Source: a virus
Virus record (IMG/VR): IMGVR_UViG_3300036806_000217
Coordinates: 23,341-87,340 of that record
DNA length: 64,000 nucleotides
Strand: one strand, 5' to 3'
Shown here one piece after another: positions 44,118 to 54,098 of the stretch. The notes under the pieces were generated by a model. That model saw only the letters and a list, made by a program, of their open reading frames with translations. It was not told where the DNA came from and did no database searches. Each line of letters starts with the position of its first letter. The first letter of the stretch is position 1. Made by a program: the position numbers and the translations under genes.

Positions 44118-45657
44118 CGTCCTCGGCTGGCCCACCGACGTCCCAGCGCCGCTGTCCTCGCCGCCATTGACGAACGCCCCGAGCGACGGCCCGAAGGTGA
44201 TCCGCTGGATCGAGCGGCACTGCCGCTACGGCGAGGGTGACCGATTCGGGCAACCGGTCATGCTGGAGCTGTTCCAGAAGCTGTTCCTGATCTGGCTGTT
44301 CGAGCTGAAGCAGGACGGCACTCGCCGGTACCGGCGGGCATTGCTGGAGGTACCGAAGGGGAACGGAAAGACTCCGATCGCCGCATGGGTGGCCGCGTAT
44401 CTGCTGGCGACGCAGCGCTCGGCGATCATCCCGGTGGCCGCAGCTTCCTACGACCAGGCCGAGCTGCTGTTCGGCGACATGCGCACAGCCGTCGCCGAGT
44501 CACCCACCCTGGGCCCGCTGTTCAACACGTTCGAAGGCGAGATCCAGGTCAAGGACGGCCCCGGCCGGGCCTACAAGGTCGCCGCGGTCGCCGGCACGAA
44601 CGATGGCCAGCGGCCGTCCGCATTCTTTGCCGACGAGATCCACGAGTGGATCGGCAACAAGGCCCGGGTGCACCTGGTCATCGCCAACGGCGCGGCCAAG
44701 CGCGTCGGCTCGATCGTGGTGAACACGACCACGCCCGGCGCGGACCTGGACACGATGGCGGGCAAGCTCCACGAGTACGGCGTGAAGGTCAACGCGGGCG
44801 AGATTGACGACCCGGAGTTCTTGTTCGTCTGGTGGGGCTGCCCGGAGGACCGCTACGACCTGACCGACCCCGATTCCGACGGCTTCCAGGAGCGTCTGTT
44901 CCGGGCGGTCCGGGACGCGAACCCGGCCGCCGACAAGTTCCTGTCCGTCCCGGACGTCGCCGCCCGTTTCTACCAGACCGCGCGGCACGAGTTCGTGCGC
45001 TACCACCTCGGCATGTGGACCACCGTCGCCGAGCGGTGGATGCCGACGGGCGCCTGGGAGGGCTGCGAGAAGCCTGGCGCCGTGCCGGACGGGGCCGAGG
45101 TCTGCCTGGGCTTCGACGGGTCCTTCAACAACGACTCGACAGCCCTGGTCGTCGTATCGTGCCCGGTCGACGAAGACGAACTACCGCATGTGGACGTCGT
45201 CGAGGCGTGGGAGCGCCCCGAGAACAACGTGGGCGACTGGCAGGTGCCGATCCTGGACGTCGAGGCGGCGATCCGGGCGGCCTGCACGCGCTGGGCAGTC
45301 CGCGAGATCGTCTGCGACCCCTATCGATGGGCCCGCACCTACCAGGTGCTGGAAGACGAGGGGCTGCCGATCGTCGAGTTCCCGCAGTCGCCCGCTCGCA
45401 TGATCCCGGCGACCACGAGGTTCTACGAGGCCACCGTCAACAAGCAGCTGACGCAGTCCGGTGACGCTCGGCTGGCCCGGCATCTCGGGAACTGCGCCAT
45501 CAAGGTCGACTCGCGCGGCTCGCGGCTCACCAAGGAACACCGCCACTCCCGCCGCAAGATCGACTTGGCTGTTGCCGCGGTGATGGCCCTCGAACGTGCC
45601 TGCCAGGAACCCGAACGCAAACCCCAGGTCGAGTTTTTCAGCTGGGCCGAGCTGTAG
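44086..45657 (+). CDS. terL: Terminase large subunit
   Basis: Walker A 'PKGNGKT', Walker B 'FADEIH', nuclease 'LGFDGS...D', 'KIDLAVA'. Confidence 0.95.
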   Translation: MTTLAPTSPADVLGWPTDVPAPLSSPPLTNAPSDGPKVIRWIERHCRYGEGDRFGQPVMLELFQKLFLIWLFELKQDGTRRYRRALLEVPKGNGKTPIAAWVAAYLLATQRSAIIPVAAASYDQAELLFGDMRTAVAESPTLGPLFNTFEGEIQVKDGPGRAYKVAAVAGTNDGQRPSAFFADEIHEWIGNKARVHLVIANGAAKRVGSIVVNTTTPGADLDTMAGKLHEYGVKVNAGEIDDPEFLFVWWGCPEDRYDLTDPDSDGFQERLFRAVRDANPAADKFLSVPDVAARFYQTARHEFVRYHLGMWTTVAERWMPTGAWEGCEKPGAVPDGAEVCLGFDGSFNNDSTALVVVSCPVDEDELPHVDVVEAWERPENNVGDWQVPILDVEAAIRAACTRWAVREIVCDPYRWARTYQVLEDEGLPIVEFPQSPARMIPATTRFYEATVNKQLTQSGDARLARHLGNCAIKVDSRGSRLTKEHRHSRRKIDLAVAAVMALERACQEPERKPQVEFFSWAEL

Positions 45658-45674
45658 TGCCCGAAGGGGGTTCC

Positions 45675-45863
45675 GTGAAACTCCCCCGCCTGCGCATGCC
45701 GAAGATCCCGCGCCCGGCAAAGCCTCAGCGCATCGCCTCGGACCTGGTCGAGATCGCGGGCATGGGCTGCCTGGTCACCGCGGCGTGGTGGTGGCTGCCG
45801 ATCGCCGGGCTGATCGCCCTGGGGCTGGCGCTGTTGCTGATCGGCTGGGTGATGGACCGATGA
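45675..45863 (+). CDS. Small two-TM protein before the portal
   Basis: Hydrophobic hairpin; usual position in actinophages. Confidence 0.7.
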   Translation: MKLPRLRMPKIPRPAKPQRIASDLVEIAGMGCLVTAAWWWLPIAGLIALGLALLLIGWVMDR

Positions 45864-47113
45864 GCCTGCTCCGCAGGGCCTCCGAGAAGCGGTTCTTCGT
45901 CCCCTCCGGGGCCGGCGACCCCTGGGCGATCCCGTCGAACGGCTCACTGGCCGCGATGACGGCCTCCGGGGTGCCGGTCACCGAGGACACCGCCATGCAG
46001 TTGCTGGCCGTGGCCGCGAGCGTGCGGATCCTGGCCAACGCCGTCGCCTGCCTGCCGTTCGACGCCATTCGCATGAAGGGGGCGCTCAGGGAGACCCTGG
46101 AGCCGCCCCCGCCGATCGTCGCAGACCCTTTCGGCGGCGCCAACAACGCGGCGTGGCCGACGCAGCGCGCCGGCATCTCGCAGATGATGGTCAGCCTCCT
46201 CCTGCGGGGCAACGGCTACGGCATCGTGACGAGCCGGGACCGCATGATGCGCCCGTCCCGCGTCCGGGTGCTGCACCCGGACCGGGTGCAGTGCGAGTTC
46301 GACCAGTACGGCGCCCGCGTCTACGAGGTCAACCGAAAGCCGGTGGACGCCGAAGACATGGTGCATCTGGTGGGCATGTCCTACCCGGAGTCCCCGACTG
46401 GGATCAGCGTCATCTCCCATGCACGCAATGCCATCGGATTGGGTCTGGCCGCGGAGGAGTTCGGCAGCCGCTTCTTCGGCTCCGGCGCCCACATGTCGGG
46501 CATCGTCACCGTGCCCGGCGACCTGGACAAGGAGCGCGCCCGACAGCTCAAGGAGTCGTTCACCTCCTCGCACGGCGGCCTGCAGAACTCCCACACGGTG
46601 GGGATCCTGTCGGGCGGCGCCGAGTGGAAGCCCATCAGCGTATCCCCGGAGGACGCGCAGTTCCTGGGCACGCGGGCGGCCCAGAACCTGGACATCGCGA
46701 TGCTGTTCGGGGTGCCGCCGCACATGCTCGGCCAGGTCGACCGCACCACCTCGTGGGGCACCGGTATCGAGCAGCAGTCGCTGGGGTTCCTGCGCTACAC
46801 CCTGGCCCCGTGGCTGGGCTGCTTCGAGGACGCCTGGTCGGCGATGCTTCCCAAGCCGCAGGTTGCCCGCTTCAACGTCGACGCCCTGCTGCGTACCGAC
46901 ACGGCCGGCCGGTTCGGCATCTATCTGAACGCCCGCAATGCGGCGCTGATGACGCCGGACGAGATCCGCGCGCTGGAGAACCTGGCGCCGCTTCCCAATG
47001 GTGCGGGCCAGGACCCGTTCGCGCCGCTGAACTCCGCGCACACCACCGATCCGGGATGGACGCCCGGACAGCCCGAGCCAGAACCCCAGCCTGCGACCGG
47101 TCAGGAGCCGTAG
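45860..47113 (+). CDS. HK97-family portal protein
   Basis: 'LLLRGNGY', 'LHPDRV', 'SPEDAQFL', 'FGVPPHMLG', 'TPDEIRALENL'. Confidence 0.95.
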   Translation: MSLLRRASEKRFFVPSGAGDPWAIPSNGSLAAMTASGVPVTEDTAMQLLAVAASVRILANAVACLPFDAIRMKGALRETLEPPPPIVADPFGGANNAAWPTQRAGISQMMVSLLLRGNGYGIVTSRDRMMRPSRVRVLHPDRVQCEFDQYGARVYEVNRKPVDAEDMVHLVGMSYPESPTGISVISHARNAIGLGLAAEEFGSRFFGSGAHMSGIVTVPGDLDKERARQLKESFTSSHGGLQNSHTVGILSGGAEWKPISVSPEDAQFLGTRAAQNLDIAMLFGVPPHMLGQVDRTTSWGTGIEQQSLGFLRYTLAPWLGCFEDAWSAMLPKPQVARFNVDALLRTDTAGRFGIYLNARNAALMTPDEIRALENLAPLPNGAGQDPFAPLNSAHTTDPGWTPGQPEPEPQPATGQEP

Positions 47114-47250
47114 TGGACCTCCCATCTATCGCTGACCGCTATGCCGCCAGCCCGTCAGGCCTGCTGACAGTCAACGAGATCCGCGCGATCGAAAACCTGC
47201 CGCCGCTCCCTTCTTCCGGACCGGCCTCCGACCCCACGGAAGGGGAGTGA
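47113..47250 (+). CDS. 45-aa mini-ORF repeating the portal C-terminal motif
   Basis: AGGAG RBS; TAGTG coupling; 'GLLTVNEIRAIENLPPLP'. Confidence 0.45.
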   Translation: MDLPSIADRYAASPSGLLTVNEIRAIENLPPLPSSGPASDPTEGE

Positions 47251-47251
47251 G

Positions 47252-48220
47252 ATGGACCTGTCCGCACGGGCCGCTCGGCCCACTGAACTCCAGCGCCGCC
47301 AGATGCCGTTCCGCGACGTCGAGCTCCGAGCGGCCCCGAACGGCACCGGCGGCGAGACGCTGACCTTCACCGGGTACGCCTGCGTGACCGAGGTCGGCTA
47401 CGAGATGCAGGACTGGCTCGGCCCGTTCACCGAAGTCGTCCGCGGTGGGTCGTTCGCCAAGACCCTGTCCGAGGGCGCGGACGTGCCGTTCCTGATCAAC
47501 CACGGGGGCATGACCTTGGCGAGGACCAAGTCGGGCACGCTGCAGCTGGCCGAGGACACCACTGGCCTGCACACCGAGGCACGTCTGGATCCGGCCAACT
47601 CGGGCGTGCGGGACCTGCAGTCCGCGATGGACCGCAAGGACATGGACGAGATGTCGTTCGCGTTCTGGGTGACGCGCCAGCAGTGGTCCCCGGACTACGA
47701 CCAGCGCGACATTCTGGAGGTCAACCTCAACAAGGGCGACGTGAGCGTCGTCAACTTCGGGGCCAACCCCAACACCGCCGGGGCGACTCTCAACTCGCGG
47801 GACCTGGCCGCCCACCTGGAGCGGCTGTCCGAAGAAGAGCGCCGTGAGGTCTTCGACCGTCTTGCCGCCGAGTTCGACCAGGCACCGGTCATCCTCACCA
47901 CCCGCGCACGGGCCGGGGAGTGGGCCAAGGAGCGCTTCGCCGAGCTCCGCGACGGCAAGCAGTTGTCCGCTGCCACCATGTCGACCCTCCAGGAGATCCT
48001 GGACATGGTCGCCACTGCGGACACCGCCGTCGACCAGGCACAGGTCGTCCTGTCCGACCTGATGGGCGTCCCCAATCCGGACGACACCCAGGACGCAGAG
48101 TCCGACGACGAGCCGGACGAGGACCCTGGCGACGCCCCGGCCAGCGACGAGGACGACCCGCAGGAGAACGGAAACGACCTCGGCCTCTACGAGGCCAGGC
48201 ACCGGCTTCTCGCCCTGTAG
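47252..48220 (+). CDS. HK97-family prohead protease
   Basis: 'FTGYA', 'FLINH', 'LARTKSGTL', 'MSFAF', 'DVSVVNFGANP'. Confidence 0.92.
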   Translation: MDLSARAARPTELQRRQMPFRDVELRAAPNGTGGETLTFTGYACVTEVGYEMQDWLGPFTEVVRGGSFAKTLSEGADVPFLINHGGMTLARTKSGTLQLAEDTTGLHTEARLDPANSGVRDLQSAMDRKDMDEMSFAFWVTRQQWSPDYDQRDILEVNLNKGDVSVVNFGANPNTAGATLNSRDLAAHLERLSEEERREVFDRLAAEFDQAPVILTTRARAGEWAKERFAELRDGKQLSAATMSTLQEILDMVATADTAVDQAQVVLSDLMGVPNPDDTQDAESDDEPDEDPGDAPASDEDDPQENGNDLGLYEARHRLLAL

Positions 48221-48399
48221 TACCGGCGGACCCAGTCCGCCCCACAGACCAGCCCCGGACGGCCCACGCCGCCGGGGCTTTCGCCTGCCCGGCTCGCGCC
48301 GGAGCCCGCGCCGGACCCCTGATCAGGGCACCACCCGGGCCACCACCCGTCACCACGGCAGGCACACCGCAACACACCCCCGAGAGAAGGGAAGTCCCC

Positions 48400-49758
48400 G
48401 TGAACAAGCGGGAGATGATCCAGGCTCTCCAGGAGCGGCGTGCCGAGATCCGCAAGAACCTCGACGCCATCCTGGAGACCGTCCACGCCGAGAAGCGCAC
48501 CGCGCTGACCGACGAGGAGAAGGCCGGCTTCGACGCCGGCGAGACCGAGATCCGTGAGATCGACGAGCGCATCGACGAACTCGACACCCAGATCCGCTCC
48601 GACGAGGCCGCCGCCACCATCGCCAAGCGCTACAACGGCCTCCCCAACGCCCGGGTGACCGACCCGCAGATCTACACCAAGCGCGGCAACGGCCACTCCT
48701 ACTTCCGGGACCTGTACGTGGCCCGGCAGAAGGGCGACCGCGAGGCCCTGGAGCGCCTGGACCGCAACAACAAGATGGTCGCCGACGCCAAGGGCGAGCA
48801 GCGCGCCATCTCCACGGGTGCCGGCGCGGGCGGCGAGTTCGTGCCGCCCCTGTGGCTGGAGAACGAGTTCATCGCGTTCGTCCGCCCCGGCCGGATCACC
48901 GCGAACCTGTGCCGCCAGGGCGACGTGCCGCCCGGCACCGACTCCATCAACATCCCGAAGATCCTCACCGGTACCGCGACGGCCCCCCAGGCGACGCAGA
49001 ACTCCGGCGTGCAGCAGACCGACCTGACCACCACCTCGGTGTCCAGCCCGGTCGTGACCATCGCGGGTGGCCAGACGGTCAGCCTCCAGCTGATCGAGCA
49101 GTCGCCGCTCAACATCGACGACGTGGTCCTCGGTGACCTCGCCGCCGACTACGCCAAGCAGCTCGGCACGCAGGTGCTGTCCGGCTCCGGCTCCAGCGGC
49201 CAGGTCACCGGCATGTTCACCCTGGGCGGCACCACCTCGGTGACCTGGACCCAGGCCACCCCGGCGCTGGGCGGCGCGGGCGGCCTGTACGCGAAGATCG
49301 CATCGGCGATCTCCTCGATCCACACCAGCCGCTTCATGCCCCCGACCGCGATCATCATGCACCCGCGCCGCTGGGCCTGGGCTGAGTCGCAGTCCGACGC
49401 CAACGGCCGCCCCCTGGTCGTGCCGGAGGCCGGCGGCCCCTGGAACGTCGCGGGCAACCTCGACGAGCAGGCCTCGCAGGGTCTGGTCGGCCGGATGCTC
49501 GGTCTGCCGGTGTATGTCGACGCCCTGATCCCGGTCAACGGCGGCACCGGCACCAACCAGGACACGATCATCGTCGCGAAGATGGACGACCTGTGGCTGT
49601 GGGAGGGCGACGTGCGCGCCGAGGCCTTCCAGCAGACCTACGCCAACCAGCTTTCGGTGTTCGTCCGCCTGTACAACTACGCCGCGTTCCAGGCCGGCCG
49701 CTACGCGCCGTCCACCGCGCTGATCACCGGCACCGGCGCCGTTACGCCGACGTTCTGA
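48400..49758 (+). CDS. HK97-fold major capsid protein
   Basis: Coiled-coil delta domain; 'GGEFVPP', 'IMHPRRW', 'LGLPVYVD'. Confidence 0.92.
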   Translation: MNKREMIQALQERRAEIRKNLDAILETVHAEKRTALTDEEKAGFDAGETEIREIDERIDELDTQIRSDEAAATIAKRYNGLPNARVTDPQIYTKRGNGHSYFRDLYVARQKGDREALERLDRNNKMVADAKGEQRAISTGAGAGGEFVPPLWLENEFIAFVRPGRITANLCRQGDVPPGTDSINIPKILTGTATAPQATQNSGVQQTDLTTTSVSSPVVTIAGGQTVSLQLIEQSPLNIDDVVLGDLAADYAKQLGTQVLSGSGSSGQVTGMFTLGGTTSVTWTQATPALGGAGGLYAKIASAISSIHTSRFMPPTAIIMHPRRWAWAESQSDANGRPLVVPEAGGPWNVAGNLDEQASQGLVGRMLGLPVYVDALIPVNGGTGTNQDTIIVAKMDDLWLWEGDVRAEAFQQTYANQLSVFVRLYNYAAFQAGRYAPSTALITGTGAVTPTF

Positions 49759-49763
49759 TCCCT

Positions 49764-49792
49764 GGTCCGGCCCGGGATCACCGGGCCGGACC
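49764..49792 (+). terminator. Hairpin after the capsid gene
   Basis: GGTCCGGCCCGG-GATCA-CCGGGCCGGACC. Confidence 0.55.
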
Positions 49793-49810
49793 CTCCCTCA
49801 AGGAGGCGGC

Positions 49811-50155
49811 ATGGCCGCGAACACCCTGGTCGCATCTGCGGCCCGCACCGTCACCGGATCCTCGGCCGCCATCGCGGTGGGCTCCGGGGCGGCAACGCTG
49901 GAGCTGGAGCTGGAGGTCACCGTCGCGACGGGAACGTCGCCGACCCTGGTCCTCAGTGTCCAGTGGTCCGACGACGGTACGAACTTCGGCAACAACGACG
50001 CCTCTGCGGACGCCTTCGCGTCGGTGGCCGCGGTCGGCAACGTCACCAAGTCCATCCCGGTGCGGGCCCCGTACATGCAGCTGACATGGACGATCGGCGG
50101 CACCACCCCGTCGTTCACGTTCAGCGTCATCGACGTAGCCAGCAACGTCATCTGA
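49811..50155 (+). CDS. Capsid decoration-like beta protein (copy 1)
   Basis: 'VTVATGTSPTL...QWSDDG'; paralog of next gene. Confidence 0.65.
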   Translation: MAANTLVASAARTVTGSSAAIAVGSGAATLELELEVTVATGTSPTLVLSVQWSDDGTNFGNNDASADAFASVAAVGNVTKSIPVRAPYMQLTWTIGGTTPSFTFSVIDVASNVI

Positions 50156-50215
50156 TCCCGCCCCAGGGAGGCGCACCGACCGGTGCGCCTCCCTGTTGCC
50201 TGAAAGGGGCCCGGA

Positions 50216-50536
50216 ATGGCCAACACCCTGGTTGCCGGTGCCGCCCGGACCGTATCGGGCAACTCCGGGCCGCTGATCGTCGGCTACAGCCCGCTGAACA
50301 TCGAGGTCGAGGTCACCGCAGCATCGGGAACGACACCGTCGCTGACGCTGGCCGTGCAGTGGTCGGTGGACGGCGTCAACTTCGCCCCGGTGGACACGAC
50401 TCCGGACCAGTTCGCGGCGATCACTGCGGTCGGCAACGACCTCAAGCAGCTCATCGTCAAGGGCTCCTGGATGCAGGTCGTTTGGACGATCACGGGGACC
50501 ACTCCGAGTTTCACCTTCTCCGTTTCCGCTGGCTGA
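50216..50536 (+). CDS. Capsid decoration-like beta protein (copy 2)
   Basis: 'VTAASGTTPSL...QWSVDG'. Confidence 0.65.
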   Translation: MANTLVAGAARTVSGNSGPLIVGYSPLNIEVEVTAASGTTPSLTLAVQWSVDGVNFAPVDTTPDQFAAITAVGNDLKQLIVKGSWMQVVWTITGTTPSFTFSVSAG

Positions 50537-50549
50537 AAGGCCGACACTC

Positions 50550-50834
50550 ATGCCATTCCACAACCCGATCAACTACGCCGACGGGCTGCTGACCGAGCTC
50601 GAAGGAGCCGAGCGCGCGGCGCGGACGGAGACCATCGCGGATATTCGCGAGCAGCTCCCCGAGCTGGCCAAGGCCGTGGACGCCGTCGATGCGAAGTCCC
50701 TGGACGACGACGGCGCCGCCTTCCTCGCCGCGACCAGGGCCCGGCTCGCTGCGGTCCTGGAGCCCAGGAAGGCCCCGCGGACCACTGCCGCAGCCTCGGC
50801 GCCGAACAAGGCCGTCCCGCCGGCGGCGAAGTAA
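50550..50834 (+). CDS. Hypothetical head-region protein
   Basis: GAAAGG RBS; position. Confidence 0.6.
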   Translation: MPFHNPINYADGLLTELEGAERAARTETIADIREQLPELAKAVDAVDAKSLDDDGAAFLAATRARLAAVLEPRKAPRTTAAASAPNKAVPPAAK

Positions 50835-50900
50835 CCAGCCCCTCTCTGCTCGCCGCATCGTCACTCCTGCATCCATCACTACCGCTGACCAAGGGGGTGG

Positions 50901-51794
50901 ATGGTGGCGCAGACCCTCTTCTTCGTGGGCCAGGACGTCTCGGTCTCGTGCGTTGCCCTGGACGACAACGGCGACCCTGCCGTTGGGACGCTCGCGGTCA
51001 CCTTTACCGTCACCGATCCGACCGGTATCAGCACCACGCCTTCCGCCGTCTCGACCGGCGGGGGCGGATATGTGGCCGTAGTGCCGTCCGCCGCGGTGGC
51101 CGGGGTGTGGACGTACCGGTGGACCGCTGCCGGAACGGGTGTGCAGTGGGCGTCCGAGGGCCAGTTCCAGGTGCGACCGCTGGGCATCGAGCAGTTGGTG
51201 GACCTGGTATCGGTCAAGAAGCACCTGAACATGAGCGAGACTGACACATTGCCGGACGACGAACTGCAGGGCTTCATCCTGGCCGCCGCCGATCTGGCGC
51301 GGGATGTGTGCGGGCCGTTCCTGCCTGAGACCCACCTGCAGTTCTTCGACGGCGGCGTGAACACGATCGTGCCGGACTGGCTGCCGCTGGCGAGCATCCT
51401 GTCGGCGACCGAGTACTACGGCCTCTCCGCGTTCCCCCTGACTGAGCAGCAGCTCGGTTCGCAGATGAATGCCTTCGCCTTCACGGCGGACTACACGACC
51501 GGCCAGATCACACGCCGCACGTTCGGTGGCCAGCCGGCGATGTTCGCGATCGGCGCGAAGAACATCAAGTTCGTCTACCTCGCCGGGCGCTCCGGCCAGG
51601 TCCCCTTCACAGTCCGCCTGGGTGCCCTGGAGCTGATCCGGCACCTGTGGCAGCTGACCCAGCAGGGCGGTCGTCCGCGCTGGGGCGGCGCTGCCCTGGA
51701 CGGCGAGTCCATGGGTGTTCCGACTGGCTTCGCTCTGCCGCAGCGGGTCCTGGAGCTGTGGCAGCCCTTCAAGAGGCCGCCGGGGATCGCCTGA
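50901..51794 (+). CDS. Head-tail adaptor with N-terminal Ig-like domain
   Basis: 'LVDLVSVKKHLN...DDELQGFILAA'; 'YLAGR...VP..VRLGALELIRHLW'. Confidence 0.8.
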   Translation: MVAQTLFFVGQDVSVSCVALDDNGDPAVGTLAVTFTVTDPTGISTTPSAVSTGGGGYVAVVPSAAVAGVWTYRWTAAGTGVQWASEGQFQVRPLGIEQLVDLVSVKKHLNMSETDTLPDDELQGFILAAADLARDVCGPFLPETHLQFFDGGVNTIVPDWLPLASILSATEYYGLSAFPLTEQQLGSQMNAFAFTADYTTGQITRRTFGGQPAMFAIGAKNIKFVYLAGRSGQVPFTVRLGALELIRHLWQLTQQGGRPRWGGAALDGESMGVPTGFALPQRVLELWQPFKRPPGIA

Positions 51795-52261
51795 TGACCA
51801 CACCGATCGAGGACATTCCCGCATCGAGTATCCCGGCGGCCCGCGCCTGGATCCTCGATGGCATCGAGGCCCAGCTCGCAGGCGCGACGGGGATGCTGAT
51901 CTGCCTGGACGAGCCGGGGCCGAATCAGCCCGACGACATCATCTGCGTCGGCGAGGTCACCCAGACCTACGGGCCGTTGGACATCGTCGGCTCCGGCGGC
52001 CGGCTGTGGCTGACCGAGGAGTACTCGGTCACCGTGACGATCTCGGTGTTCCGCGGCGGCGACGACCCGGTGACGGTGTTCAACCGGGCCCGCCAGCTCG
52101 CGGACCTGGTGGTGGCCGTGGTGCGGTCCGACCCGTCGCTGGGCGGCGCCGTGGACCGGGCCCGGCCCGCGCGGGCGTCGCATTCCAGCGCCTGGACCGA
52201 GGACCACACCGGCCGGCTGTGCGAGATCGAGCTGTCCATCGACTGCCTGAAATCCCTGTGA
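51794..52261 (+). CDS. Tail completion/terminator-like protein
   Basis: Position; 'RSDPSLGGAV'. Confidence 0.6.
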   Translation: MTTPIEDIPASSIPAARAWILDGIEAQLAGATGMLICLDEPGPNQPDDIICVGEVTQTYGPLDIVGSGGRLWLTEEYSVTVTISVFRGGDDPVTVFNRARQLADLVVAVVRSDPSLGGAVDRARPARASHSSAWTEDHTGRLCEIELSIDCLKSL

Positions 52262-52269
52262 GGAGTGCT

Positions 52270-52470
52270 GTGCCCAGCTACACGTACACCGGCGACGAGG
52301 GCCGGTACTACCCCACGCTCGCCCTGGCCCCGGAGCCCGGCGGCGAACACGACCTGGACCACAATCCGGGCGACGGCCGCTGGACCCCCGAGGACCCCGA
52401 GCCCGAGCCGCCGGCGGAAGAGGCCGCGGCACCGAAGCTGCGCGCCGCCGCGAAGAAGCAGGAGGCCTGA
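52270..52470 (+). CDS. Small protein preceding the tail tube gene
   Basis: AGGAG RBS. Confidence 0.55.
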   Translation: MPSYTYTGDEGRYYPTLALAPEPGGEHDLDHNPGDGRWTPEDPEPEPPAEEAAAPKLRAAAKKQEA

Positions 52471-52471
52471 C

Positions 52472-53440
52472 ATGCCGAAGCCGTCTCATCTCGCAGTCCT
52501 GGGCGTCGGCAAGGAAGGCGCCACCCCCGGCACCCCGTCCGCCGCCACGATGTGGGTGCCGTGGAAGACGCTGACGCCGAAGGACGACGTCAACCTCATC
52601 ACCGACGAGGGCCAGCGCGGCGCCCCGGTCGACAACTACGGCCAGCTGCCCGGCCCGAAGGGCAGCTCCCTGGACATCGGCGGGGACGTGTTCGCCGACT
52701 CCATCGGCTTCCTGCTCGCCTCGGTGCTGCCGGATGTCGTGGTCACCGGTTCGTCCGCCCCGTACAGCACCGCGTGCTCGACGCTGTGCACCGGCGACAC
52801 CCAGCCGCCCACGCAGACCTGGACGATCTTCGACCCGCTGGGTACCTGGCAGTACCCGGGCTACCAGTTCTCCGAACTGGGCTTCAAGTGGAACGCCGAC
52901 GGGTTCTTCGAGTGGTCGGCGAAGGGCATGGGCTGGACCTACGTGTCGGGCTCTACCCCGACGCCGTCGTTCTCGACCACGCCGAAGCCGTTCGCGAACT
53001 GGGGCATCACCACGAAGATCGCCGGCTCGAACTTCTTCACCCAGGACGGCGAGCTCACCATCAAGCGCGGCATGACCGCGATCCGCGGCGCCAACGGCTC
53101 CCAGAACCCCTACCGGATCTGGACCGGCGACGTGTCCGTCGAGGGCAAGGCGACCCTCGTCATGGAGGACACCACCCAGCGCGTGATCTACCAGGCCGGG
53201 ACCATGCAGTCCTTCGAGGTCCTGTACACCCAGGGCGCCGGCGCCGCCGCGAACGGCCTGGACCTCAAGTGCTCCACCGTCGCCTACACCGAGGGCACCC
53301 CGTCCTACGGCAAGGACTACATCGAGATGCCCGTGAGCTGGAAGGCCTCGGCGAACACCACCGATGTGGGCGGATCGGCCGGCTACTCGCCCATCAAGGC
53401 CACCCTGACCAACGCCCTGCCCTCGGGCACCTACAAGTAG
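52472..53440 (+). CDS. Major tail tube protein
   Basis: 'LGVGKEGATPGT'; size and position. Confidence 0.8.
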   Translation: MPKPSHLAVLGVGKEGATPGTPSAATMWVPWKTLTPKDDVNLITDEGQRGAPVDNYGQLPGPKGSSLDIGGDVFADSIGFLLASVLPDVVVTGSSAPYSTACSTLCTGDTQPPTQTWTIFDPLGTWQYPGYQFSELGFKWNADGFFEWSAKGMGWTYVSGSTPTPSFSTTPKPFANWGITTKIAGSNFFTQDGELTIKRGMTAIRGANGSQNPYRIWTGDVSVEGKATLVMEDTTQRVIYQAGTMQSFEVLYTQGAGAAANGLDLKCSTVAYTEGTPSYGKDYIEMPVSWKASANTTDVGGSAGYSPIKATLTNALPSGTYK

Positions 53441-53457
53441 AAGGAGCATCCACCCTC

Positions 53458-53907
53458 ATGGAGCACGTCACCCTCAAGGCGGGCGGCACCGCGGACCTGC
53501 GCGACGTCGCCGACATTCCCGAGCGGCTGCGGCGCCCGCAGCGCAGGATCCAGATGCTGCTGGCCGCCAACCCGGCGTTCTCCGACGTCGTCAAGAAGGC
53601 GTCCCAGGCCGGGGTCGCCGCGGTCGAGGACTTCTCCGAGGACCAGGCCGTGGCCATGGTCTCCGAGATGGGCGCCGACAGCTTCGACCTCCTGGACCAG
53701 CTCAACGACACCGCGATCCTGTCCCGCGTGATGGGCTGGTCCTTCGACGTGCCGGTGACCGCCGAGGGCCTGCAGGACCTGCCCGGCGCGGTCTACGACG
53801 AGCTGAAGGCGCTGTGCGCGAAGGGCGCGCTGGAGGGCACGGACTTCTCGCCGTCGCAGGACGAGAACTCCCCTACCGGCTCCTCTACCGGCTCCGCGTT
53901 GCGGTAG
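53458..53907 (+). CDS. Tail assembly chaperone (gpG-like)
   Basis: Between tail tube and tape measure genes; 'VMGWSF'; ends '...SPT...'. Confidence 0.75.
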   Translation: MEHVTLKAGGTADLRDVADIPERLRRPQRRIQMLLAANPAFSDVVKKASQAGVAAVEDFSEDQAVAMVSEMGADSFDLLDQLNDTAILSRVMGWSFDVPVTAEGLQDLPGAVYDELKALCAKGALEGTDFSPSQDENSPTGSSTGSALR

Positions 53908-54098
53908 AGGGCAAGTTCGACTACCCGGCGTGGATGCTGCCCGCCGAGGCGTTCCGGGACTGGCAGCTGTGCCAGGTCGTCGGCTCCCCGGACACCTGGA
54001 TGAACATGTCCGCGGAGCGCCTGGACTGGATCCTCGCCGTGGACGGGGCGGTGAAGCAGGCCCGCGCGAACAAGGAGAAGGAGGCCGCCAGTGGCTAG
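53871..54098 (+). CDS. Tail assembly chaperone extension (gpT-like), probably by -1 frameshift
   Basis: Overlapping -1 frame with no clear RBS. Confidence 0.55.
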   Translation, partial: PYRLLYRLRVAVEGKFDYPAWMLPAEAFRDWQLCQVVGSPDTWMNMSAERLDWILAVDGAVKQARANKEKEAASG

